Part shown: piece after piece, positions 8,163 through 16,800 of the stretch | Layout: every line of letters begins with the position of its first letter | How positions within the stretch are numbered: position 1 is the first letter of the stretch | Assembly (NCBI GenBank): GCA_013538715.1 | Contig: JACAFH010000003.1 | Coordinates: 35,478-59,477 of the forward strand | Length of the DNA: 24,000 nt | Source: Candidatus Nitrosothermus koennekii | GTDB lineage: Archaea; Thermoproteota; Nitrososphaeria; Nitrososphaerales; Nitrosocaldaceae | Direction of reading: 5' to 3' | Translations under genes and position numbers: made by a program | The notes under the pieces: model-generated | The model's database searches: none | What the model was told of the DNA's origin: nothing | What the model saw: the letters and a program-made list of their open reading frames with translations, nothing else

Positions 8163-8685
8163 ATCTAACACCTTTTCTTAATGCTATCATTTTAGCAGAT
8201 ACTTTATCTCTTACACCCCTTCGTAAATTATCTTTTGTAGTTCCATGTTCATCAACCAATTCTATATCTACTTTTACTCTAATACTTAACTCATATGCAA
8301 TCTTAAATGCTAAAATTGGATCACCATTACCAACTCTTATAATAACTTTATCAGCATCTATCTCATCTATTAACATCTCTATGAGATCAGCTAGTTTATG
8401 AATAGATACAACTCTGCTATCTATCTCATCATAATTGTATAGTAGTGATAGACCTATCCTCTTACCTGGATCTATGCCTATTAGTAGTATATTCTTACCA
8501 TAATTTGAGGTTATGGATAGTATTTTTGCTTTTACAACAGCTATATCATCATTCAATTCATTATCAAGTAAAATATTATCATGTTTAATTAGTGTCATCT
8601 CTTCAGATGTTGTTATTATTAGTGATGAAGTAAGTGGAATATATTTTAGTTCTTCTGGTGTAAGTGATGAAAATTCTATATTCAT
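8104..8685 (-). CDS. RNase H-fold RuvX/YqgF-like nuclease-domain protein (5' end uncertain, see findings)
   Basis: 193 aa from the first ATG. LLIGIDPGKRIGLSLL resembles the RuvX/YqgF N-terminal GxDxGxxRxGxA motif. ELVDEHGTTKD resembles its C-terminal DERxTT motif. An extra ~65-aa N-terminal region is present. The frame stays open for 61 more codons upstream. Confidence 0.5.
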   Translation of the reverse strand: MNIEFSSLTPEELKYIPLTSSLIITTSEEMTLIKHDNILLDNELNDDIAVVKAKILSITSNYGKNILLIGIDPGKRIGLSLLYNYDEIDSRVVSIHKLADLIEMLIDEIDADKVIIRVGNGDPILAFKIAYELSIRVKVDIELVDEHGTTKDNLRRGVRDKVSAKMIALRKGVRFKPSEFYTHKINHDLALSH

Positions 8686-8807
8686 CTCTTTAAGCCTTTG
8701 ACTTATTTTATAATAAGCCCTACCTTTAAGAGTTGATACAATTACCCTTGGTTTATTATTTAAGGGCGTTTCATCACTTCTAACTTTGTTAGACTTATTT
8801 TTAAACT

Positions 8808-9137
8808 TTAGCCTTTCAGTATTCTTTTTAATGCTATTTCTACTGCTGTATTGAATGACTTGGTTACATTATTCTCTATTATCGCTATATTTCTTTCAGC
8901 ATCAAGTAATATCTTATTAGATTCCCCCTCTGCTTCATTTCTAGCCTTGTTAATTATATTATCTGCTTCCTTCCTAGCCTTCTCTAATAATTCAAGTCTC
9001 ATATTATCTATCTCTTTATCTACAAACAATGATAATTTTTTTCTCAATTCTTCCGTTAGAGTACTTATCTTTTCTATATCAGACTCTAATGTATTAAGTT
9101 TATTCAAGATTGATTCTACTTCTGATATCTGAGACAT
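8808..9137 (-). CDS. Coiled-coil protein, possibly A/V-type ATPase peripheral-stalk subunit H-like
   Basis: 109 aa, all-helical and charged. LLEKARKEADNIINKARNEAEGESNKILLDAERN resembles the archaeal AtpH / V-ATPase G-type repeat pattern. The family assignment is weak. Confidence 0.4.
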   Translation of the reverse strand: MSQISEVESILNKLNTLESDIEKISTLTEELRKKLSLFVDKEIDNMRLELLEKARKEADNIINKARNEAEGESNKILLDAERNIAIIENNVTKSFNTAVEIALKRILKG

Positions 9138-9175
9138 ATTATATCCTCCTTTAATGCGTTATTAAATCCTTTTCG

Positions 9176-9523
9176 TTATTTTGAAGTTAAAGTCAATATA
9201 GCACGAGCTATATCTCCTTCTGCATCTTCTAATGCTTTCTCTGCAACTTCCTTTGTTACTCCTGTTTGTTGAACTACTAACATTATGTCCTCTTCACTGA
9301 ATTTCTTAACCTCTTTAGCTACCTCTTCTATATCTTCTGCTACTATTTGATATATTGTAGAATCTTGAGCACGTATCTCTGTAACTGAAGGTTTCTTTAT
9401 GATAATATCCTTATTACTCATTTTTATTATGACCTCTTCTATATTCTCTAATGGATTCATGTTTAATCCCATCTTATCAAACATCCTTCTCATCTGTCTA
9501 TTGCTTCTAAACATATCTATCAT
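9176..9523 (-). CDS. nac: Nascent polypeptide-associated complex protein (NAC alpha homologue)
   Basis: 115 aa. The N-terminus is RQMRRMFDKMGLNM. The NAC domain is IEEVIIKMSNKDIIIKKPSVTEIRAQDSTIYQI. The C-terminal UBA-like region is SEEDIMLVVQQTGVTKEVAEKALEDAEGDIARAILTL. Confidence 0.85.
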   Translation of the reverse strand: MIDMFRSNRQMRRMFDKMGLNMNPLENIEEVIIKMSNKDIIIKKPSVTEIRAQDSTIYQIVAEDIEEVAKEVKKFSEEDIMLVVQQTGVTKEVAEKALEDAEGDIARAILTLTSK

Positions 9524-9540
9524 ATAGTATTACTATTAAT

Positions 9541-10017
9541 TTAATCGTTTATAGAATGCCTAACTCTAACTGCTGCACCTCTCTTAAATACTATAATCAT
9601 ACTATAAGGTAGTATAGCCTTTCCTACTGCTACTAATCTATCATTATCATCAAGTATTATAGCATCGCTCTCTACTTCTATGTTTCTACCACAAGATATA
9701 ACGTGCTTACAGAACACAGATCTCCCACTTTTTATAAAATCTACTACTTCCTTCTTAATTATTATACAATTCTCTTTTACTTTATTGCTCTCTAGCAAGA
9801 ATCGTGCTCCATCTAGTGTTATAGCAAAACCTCCATCAGTTCTTAACGTCGCTATAATCTTATCATCCATCATAACATGTTTTATCTTGCCAGTTCTTTT
9901 GGAAAATGTAAAATTTAGTCTATCTAATGGAATACTAGATGAGATATCTGAACAAAAGATAGAATCTAAAGTCATACAGAACTTTCTTTTTGGGTCTATT
10001 AATAATCGATTAACCAT
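9541..10017 (-). CDS. PUA-domain RNA-binding protein (pre-PUA + PUA, ArcTGT C-terminal-like)
   Basis: 158 aa. The C-terminal part VFCKHVISCGRNIEVESDAIILDDNDRLVAVGKAILPYSMI is typical of a PUA domain. An alternative start is Met15 at 9975. Confidence 0.55.
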   Translation of the reverse strand: MVNRLLIDPKRKFCMTLDSIFCSDISSSIPLDRLNFTFSKRTGKIKHVMMDDKIIATLRTDGGFAITLDGARFLLESNKVKENCIIIKKEVVDFIKSGRSVFCKHVISCGRNIEVESDAIILDDNDRLVAVGKAILPYSMIIVFKRGAAVRVRHSIND

Positions 10018-10087
10018 TTTAGTATTAGTATATATAGCATAGATATAAATTAGTATAGTTTTAATCTCTGCTTGTTCAATACTATCT

Positions 10088-10999
10088 ATGCATGCTATAA
10101 GAGATCTTAGGATAGAGAAGGATGATAGTATCGATGAGATATTTAATCAGATGCTTGAGAGTGGTGGATTTGTAGCAAAGCATATGGCCCAAGGATATGA
10201 GATATTATATGAAATGATTAAAGATAAAGATTGTACTAAATTTATCTCGTTCGTAGGAGCAATAATAGCGACTGGTTTGAGAGGTATAATAAGAGATATG
10301 GTAAGGTTAAAGATGTTTGATGCAATAGTAACTACATGTGGAGCATTAGATCATGATATAGCGAGATCATTTAAAGAATATTATCATGGAGATTTTAGAC
10401 TTGATGATGAGATATTAGCAGAGAAGAATATACATAGACTTGGGAATGTATTAGTGCCTAAAGAGAGTTATGGAATAATAATAGAGGAGAAGATGCAGGA
10501 TATACTTAAAGGATATAATCGCCAATTAGCCACATATGAACTAACAGAATTGATTGGTAAACATCTTAATGAGAGTTCATTTTTATACTGGGCTAGCAAG
10601 AATAACATACCAGTATTCGTACCTGGAATAATGGACGGTGCTGTAGGGAATCAATTGTGGCTCTATTCTCAACGTAACAAAGGCTTTGGTATAGATCTGC
10701 TGAAAGATGCTAATAAACTATCAGATATAGTATTCGATGCAAAAAGAACTGGAGCGTTAATGATTGGAGGAGGAATATCAAAACACCATACACTTTGGTG
10801 GAATCAATTTAGAGATGGTTTAGATAATGCTGTGTATATAACTACTGCAGAAGAATATGATGGCAGTTTAAGTGGTGCTTTGGTTAGGGAAGCTATATCA
10901 TGGGGTAAAGTAAAGATCAAGGCAAAACAAGTAACTATACATGGTGAGGCCACTATAGTATTACCATTTCTCTTCTCAGCGTTAATCAAGAGGCTTTAG
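10088..10999 (+). CDS. dys: Deoxyhypusine synthase
   Basis: 303 aa and collinear with DHS. Supporting motifs are ESGGF.AKH...G..IL, TTCGALDHDI, MIGGGISKHH and the catalytic-lysine motif EAISWGKVK. Confidence 0.9.
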   Translation: MHAIRDLRIEKDDSIDEIFNQMLESGGFVAKHMAQGYEILYEMIKDKDCTKFISFVGAIIATGLRGIIRDMVRLKMFDAIVTTCGALDHDIARSFKEYYHGDFRLDDEILAEKNIHRLGNVLVPKESYGIIIEEKMQDILKGYNRQLATYELTELIGKHLNESSFLYWASKNNIPVFVPGIMDGAVGNQLWLYSQRNKGFGIDLLKDANKLSDIVFDAKRTGALMIGGGISKHHTLWWNQFRDGLDNAVYITTAEEYDGSLSGALVREAISWGKVKIKAKQVTIHGEATIVLPFLFSALIKRL

Positions 11000-11681
11000 T
11001 ATAAATATACTTTATATACATCTGCACAAACCCACGTTTTATATAATACCTTAAAAGATTATCTTTTAAGAATGTCTGTAGAAAAAGATATAGATTACGC
11101 TCCCTTGAAGATAGATATGCATACCTTATTAATGACGATGCTACCCCTAACATTCTAAACTCTGGTAATATACCTAAACAATATAAGCCTAATAGACTCT
11201 TACTTGAGAGTAAAGCCATACAGCCTACTGTTTTATCCTTAATATTTGCCGTGTACAACTCTAATTCCTTAGCATGACGTAATCTATTCTCCATCTCATC
11301 TCTATAATCTTCAAATGCTACAGAGTATACATCTAACCACTCTTTTGTCTCTTTAACCCTCTCTATCCTTATATGCTCGATACCTTTGATTAGATATGGT
11401 GATTCTAGTAAGAGTGTTGAGATCTTATCATATAGTATATAACCATACCTCTCTAATTCTTTATGCTCCTTATATGCATAGAGATAGATCTTAACATTTA
11501 ACATCTTGCATATACTCTCAAATTCTTCTAAATTGAAAGCATTTGATTGAATATATGCTCTATTAAAGAATGGATCATCACTCATTACTTTATTAGCATA
11601 TATCTTTAAATTATTATCATATCTATTACTAAATAATGATACAAATTTCTCCTCATTCTCTTCCATCTCCTCATAGCTCAA
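10986..11681 (-). CDS. GNAT-family N-acetyltransferase with an extra N-terminal ~110-aa region
   Basis: The C-terminal half has GNAT motif A (LYCLGILPEFRMLGVASSLIRYA). The track start at 11681 is a TTG that overlaps the upstream stop (TTGA). The first in-frame ATG is at 11665 (MEENEEK...). Confidence 0.7.
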   Translation of the reverse strand: MSYEEMEENEEKFVSLFSNRYDNNLKIYANKVMSDDPFFNRAYIQSNAFNLEEFESICKMLNVKIYLYAYKEHKELERYGYILYDKISTLLLESPYLIKGIEHIRIERVKETKEWLDVYSVAFEDYRDEMENRLRHAKELELYTANIKDKTVGCMALLSSKSLLGLYCLGILPEFRMLGVASSLIRYAYLSSRERNLYLFLQTFLKDNLLRYYIKRGFVQMYIKYIYTKAS

Positions 11682-12712
11682 ATCTTTAAACCTATTACAT
11701 CTTCTAATATAGAACCTTTTATAGATTCTATCTTGTTTACTACCTCTTTAGAGTTGAGATTATTCATCTCAATATCAGATCCACCATATCCAATCTCTTT
11801 AACCTTTTTATGAAACATACTTATATCATCTTCTCTAAACTCCAACTCCTCTCTGTAATCTTTTGATAAGAGGTATACTCTTAATGTATTTAGACCATAT
11901 CTTAGAATAGCGTCTCTAACCAATATAGTATTATTCTTACTCTTGCCCATCTTCTCACCATTTATAGTTAATAGATTTATATGAAACCAGAATTTAGGCT
12001 CTTTATTAAATACTCTTAAAATTGCTCTTTGTGCCTCATGATGAGGATATATCAATTCTGTTGCTCCAGCATGCAAAGTATAGATATTAAAATTTGATAA
12101 CGCTATGCTAACGTCTTGTATATGCCACCATGGTAAACCCTTTCCTAACACATTACTCTTTATATAATTTGGAAACTCTTCTCTACCATTCCAAAGCATG
12201 AAATCATATAAACTCCTCTTTCCTTCGATAAGATCTACAGCCTTTAACCTAAACTCTGAGAGATAACCATAATCTTTTATCTTTGTAATATCAAAGTATA
12301 CATTTGATCTGTTTACATAAGCATATCCTTTATCTATTAATTGTAATATATTATTATGTGCTTGAGCAAGATAATCTGATGCTGATGCAAAGATTATATT
12401 TCTTAGATCTATGTTAAGCAATGAAAAATCGTATATAAATTCTCTCTTATATCTATTTATAAACTCTTTATAGTCTATATTAAGCTCTTTGGCTCTCTTA
12501 AAGATCTTTGGATCTATATCTGTTAGTACTACTAGCATCAAAGGTTTATAACCTTCGTATCTTAGATATCTAGCAAATACATCCAATAATACAAATAATC
12601 TAGCATGCCCTAGATGCATATAATCATATAATGTAGGACCGCAAATAACCATCTTTACATCTTTCTCTTTAATCTCTTCTTCCTTTCTAGATGATGTATT
12701 ATAGATCTTCAT
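11678..12712 (-). CDS. Cysteinyl-tRNA-synthetase-like class I ligase, truncated (no anticodon-binding domain), zinc-site residues altered
   Basis: 344 aa. It is collinear with the CysRS catalytic domain: KIYNTSSRKEEEI, ICGPTLYDYMHLGHAR (HIGH), TDIDPKIFKRA, WWHIQDVS (CysRS has WHIEC), HAGATELIYPHHEAQ (CysRS has HHENE), and KMGKS (KMSKS). It ends about 100-120 aa earlier than canonical CysRS. Confidence 0.8.
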   Translation of the reverse strand: MKIYNTSSRKEEEIKEKDVKMVICGPTLYDYMHLGHARLFVLLDVFARYLRYEGYKPLMLVVLTDIDPKIFKRAKELNIDYKEFINRYKREFIYDFSLLNIDLRNIIFASASDYLAQAHNNILQLIDKGYAYVNRSNVYFDITKIKDYGYLSEFRLKAVDLIEGKRSLYDFMLWNGREEFPNYIKSNVLGKGLPWWHIQDVSIALSNFNIYTLHAGATELIYPHHEAQRAILRVFNKEPKFWFHINLLTINGEKMGKSKNNTILVRDAILRYGLNTLRVYLLSKDYREELEFREDDISMFHKKVKEIGYGGSDIEMNNLNSKEVVNKIESIKGSILEDVIGLKI

Positions 12713-12746
12713 ACCTCTTTATATAATAATTCTTTATAAATATGGT

Positions 12747-12965
12747 ATGGAAGAGTCTAGTCTATATGATGAGTTAGAGAGTTTGGAGCTAGATTCAATA
12801 ATAGAGATTATAGATGAATTTAACCGTCACATATACATAACTAGAAGCGCTTATGAATTCTCTATAATGTTTGATGATAGATGGTTTTATAGTAATGATG
12901 TAAATGAAGTTATCAGAATAGTAAAAGAGAATAGTAAAGGCAAGATTAGAGTCTTACTTGATTAA
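12747..12965 (+). CDS. Hypothetical small acidic protein
   Basis: 72-aa ORF with coding-like codon usage and mixed composition. It lies only 34 nt from the divergent CysRS-like gene. Its 3' end overlaps the convergent methyltransferase by 12 nt. I recognise no family. Confidence 0.45.
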   Translation: MEESSLYDELESLELDSIIEIIDEFNRHIYITRSAYEFSIMFDDRWFYSNDVNEVIRIVKENSKGKIRVLLD

Positions 12966-13838
12966 TTTAGCTATTATAAGATCACAGAAGTAAAGAATGT
13001 AAGATCTCTTGTTAATCTTAAGTAACCATGGTATATACTCCTCTTTATCATTTTCTATCTTAAATCCATGAATCTTTAATATCTCTCTAATACCTCTTTC
13101 ATCATATAAAGGCAAAGGGTAACCTTTTGCATCTCTGAAATCATATGGATCAACCAATATAAGATATCCATCTTTCTTTATACTCTTCTTTATTGATTGT
13201 ATTACAACATCTACATCAAAGAGATCTATCACATTTATACAGCTCACGAGATCAAACTCTTTAAATGGTAATGCGAAGAGATCTGCTACGATAAATTCTC
13301 TATTCTTCTTTTTATATTTTCTTGCTCTTCTTATCATACTAAATGATTTATCTATTCCTATTGCTAGATTAGACGATACATTATTTACTATATAACCAGT
13401 CCCGCATCCTATATCTAGATAATTGTTTATAGTAAATACATTTATGGTATCTACAATCTTCTCATAAAAATCTGTATTGATTGAGAGTAAATACTTTATA
13501 TTATCTTCGATTTTACACTCGTATATCTTAAATAAATTACTATATTCTTCATACACATCCATGCTTGTCTTCTTTATATTTTTAGCATGATATCTTAGAT
13601 ATTTCTTCATACTTTCACTAGAATTAACGAATATATCGCCAAGAACTCTACTTCTACTACTAAAATACTTTGATATGTCATCTACAATTATAGCAACGCC
13701 ATCAATGATAGGATATATAGCATTACAATCACAGTGTAGGAAACCTTCTATACAATCTTCATCTCCCTTTATACACTCTAACTCCAATTTACCAGCACAG
13801 ATAATACACTTTATATATGATAGAATATCTACCAGCAT
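12954..13838 (-). CDS. Class I SAM-dependent methyltransferase with an N-terminal Trm112-like zinc ribbon
   Basis: 294 aa. The N-terminus carries C-x2-C ... C-x-C followed by YPIIDGVAIIV, which is Trm112-like. SAM-binding motif I is YLDIGCGTGY. Downstream motifs are DLVSCINVI and GYLILVDP. Confidence 0.75.
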   Translation of the reverse strand: MLVDILSYIKCIICAGKLELECIKGDEDCIEGFLHCDCNAIYPIIDGVAIIVDDISKYFSSRSRVLGDIFVNSSESMKKYLRYHAKNIKKTSMDVYEEYSNLFKIYECKIEDNIKYLLSINTDFYEKIVDTINVFTINNYLDIGCGTGYIVNNVSSNLAIGIDKSFSMIRRARKYKKKNREFIVADLFALPFKEFDLVSCINVIDLFDVDVVIQSIKKSIKKDGYLILVDPYDFRDAKGYPLPLYDERGIREILKIHGFKIENDKEEYIPWLLKINKRSYILYFCDLIIAKLIK

Positions 13839-13881
13839 AGATTATTAAAAATTAAAATAGTTATTATCCGTTTTGATAAAT

Positions 13882-16800
13882 ATGGTCCATATAAAAAAGG
13901 TTGAGATTTATGGATTTAAATCATTTGGGTTTACTAATAAAGTTATAAATTTAGAGAAAGGTATGATGTGTATAACCGGTCCTAATGGATCTGGGAAGAG
14001 CAATATACTTGATGCAATAGCATTTGCATTAGGAGAGAATAGTCCAAAATCGTTGAGGGTTGATAAACTACATTCGTTATTTCATGATGATAATAATGAG
14101 CAGAAGAGAAAGAATATAAGAGTAAGTGTAACATTTGATAATAGCGATAGAGTAATACCGGTAGATGCAAATAGTGTAACTATAACAAGAGAGATGCCAT
14201 TTGATGGTGATAGTATATACTACTTAAATGGCAAACATGTATCAAAATCTACAATAACAGACCTTTTAGACGTTGCATTGGCAACGCCAAATAGGTTAAA
14301 CAATGTACAACAAGGTATGATAATGAGGATTGCAGAATTAAACAGTGAAGAGAGGAGGAAGATATTAGAGGATATAATAGGCTTATCATATTTCGATAAG
14401 AAGAAAGAGGAAGCGCTTAAGCAATTAGATGATGCAGACAGAAAGTTAGAAGTAGCATTAGCAAGAATGAGTGAAATAAGAAAGAGGATTGATGAGTTAG
14501 AGGTTGAGAGGAATAATCAGATTAGATTTTATTATCTTGAGAAGGAGATAAAGAGATTAAATGCTATAAAACTCTCACGAATGCTTAAAGAGAGTAAGCA
14601 AAAAAGTATTGAACTCGAGAAGATAATAGAAGATAAGAGTATTGAGTATTCGTTGCATACTAAAGAGGCTGAAGAAATAAAGATCCAACTCTCTCAACTT
14701 GAAGAGGCTAGAAATAATATTATGAAAGATGTTGATATGATGACAAAGAATAAGACTGAGCTCAGTAGCAAGATCTCCTCACTTATAATGAGGAGTGAAC
14801 AGCTAAAATCTATGAAGACCGCTAGTGAACAGAGGATTAAATCAATAGGAAGTACAATATCATCTCTAATTAAAGAAGAGATAGAGATAGAAAAGAGAGT
14901 AAAAAGATTAGAGATAGAATTAGGTGAGTTAGAAAGCGAAACTAAACTATTAAACATGGATAAAGGATCTATAGCAGAAAAGATCAAAGAATTAAATGAT
15001 AAGCTTGGGATATTGAATAAAAGGTTAATAGAGCTTAGTGAAGACGAAGATAGATTGTCAAAGGTATTCAAAGAGAAAGAAGTAATTATATCTAAACTAC
15101 AATCAGAGCTAACATCAGAGAGAGAAAGACTTAAGATTATAATAGAAAATATGGAATTAAACATCAAGAGGTTAGATACTTTAAGAGAGCAGATTAGTAG
15201 AATAGAACCCCTTATAGCTGAACTTGAGAGTATAAAGATAAAAAATGATAGTAAAATTAAGAATATGAAGGAAGAGATAGTGAGATTAGAAGAATTAAGA
15301 GATATGCTTGTTAAATATACTGATGATGCAAGAGGCATATTGGATTATGCTTCAAAGATTAGTGCTAAATATGATGCAAAGATTAGTGTAGCAAAGGATG
15401 ATGAATATTATGCTGCTATGTTAAAGAAGGATTCTAGAGTAATAGGGTTGGTTAGGGAGCTGATTAATTACGATGAATATTATGCAAAAGCAGTAATAGC
15501 GGCAATACGCGAATGGATAAATGGAATAGTAGTAAGGACTGTTAGTGATGCTATTGCTATAATAGAGAAGGCAAAATCACTTAATATACCAAAGATAAGA
15601 GTTATACCATTAGATATACTTGAGAGATTAGAATTCAAGAAGAGTGATAAACATTTGTCAATGTTTGTAAAGAGTGATTATACTAATCTAACAGATTTCT
15701 TACTAGATTATTATCTGGTAAATTCTCCTTATGATGCTAGAAGACTTGCTCAAGAAGGGTATAATGTCGTAACTCTTGAAGGGCAAGTATTTAATGCTAA
15801 TCTCTCATCACTAAGATTAGAGAATGTAACGTTAAAAGATATAACAAAGATTATGATACTTACGGATTCTCTAGAAGTGTTAAAAGAAGAGATGGCTAGA
15901 TTAGATAATTTATATTTCATTAAGAAAGATCAACTCAAAAGGATTGAAGAGAAGATAGTGGAATATAATAAAGAGGTGATTAATACTCAGAGTATACTCA
16001 CAGATACAAATATACAATTAGAGAATTTGAAGAGAGAGGAGGGTAGATGTAAAGAGAGTTATACAAATCTAATGAGAAAGATAGAGGAGCAAAAGGTAAT
16101 AAGAGGAGCACTAGAAAAAGAGATAATATTAAAAGAAGAGAAGATAGCTAATCTAACTAAAGAGAAAGAAGATCTCAGAAGAGAGTTGGAGAGAATAGAT
16201 AAGAAGAGTATAGTTGATGAAATAAATATTAATAACATAAAGAAGAGAGAACTCATAAGTGCTTTAGAAGAAAAGGAGAATAGTATAAGAAAGATTTTAA
16301 CAGATTTATCAGCAAAGAAGGCTGAGTATAGCAACTCTACTAGACGCTTAGATGATATAAAAAGAGAGTTGGAGAGAATAAAGAGGGATGCTAGAGAGAG
16401 AAGAAGCATATCTATAGATGCTGACAAAGAATTGGCAAAATTAGAGAAAGAATTAAGGGATGCTAGAGAGTTGGAGCAAAAGATGATAAATACATCATCA
16501 AACTCAATATCATTACTAAAGGAGTATGATATAAAGATCAAAGAACTAATAGATAAAGAGAAGAAGATAACAAAACATCTAGCGACAATAGAAAAGGATC
16601 TCTCAATAAATATGAAGGAGAGGAATTATCTAAATACAAGTATAGAGAGGATATCCTCTGAATTATCAAATATTGGATATAAAGAAGTTGATGAAGTGAT
16701 AGATGTTGAGGATATCTTAAAAGAATTGACTAAAGAGTATGATGAGATAAAACATACAATAAATCAATTAGCAGATAAGAGTTACAAACAGTTAATAGAA

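Noticed and set aside
896-10989. Other short antisense or overlapping ORFs in the track: 896..1081, 1299..1547, 1423..1653, 2029..2238, 3282..3464, 4564..4749, 5284..5532, 5971..6381, 8159..8401, 8513..8701, 8851..9132, 9680..10042, 10804..10989
   Set aside because: Each lies within, and opposite to or out of frame with, a confidently identified gene. Each has low-complexity composition typical of shadow frames in AT-rich, purine-skewed genes.
14694-16541. Long minus-strand ORFs inside smc (14694..15338, 214 aa; 16059..16541, 160 aa; also 13982..14170)
   Set aside because: These are antisense shadows of the GAA/AAG/GAG/AGA-rich coiled-coil coding sequence. The translations are monotonous S/L/I/F strings, and smc is intact and unambiguous on the + strand.
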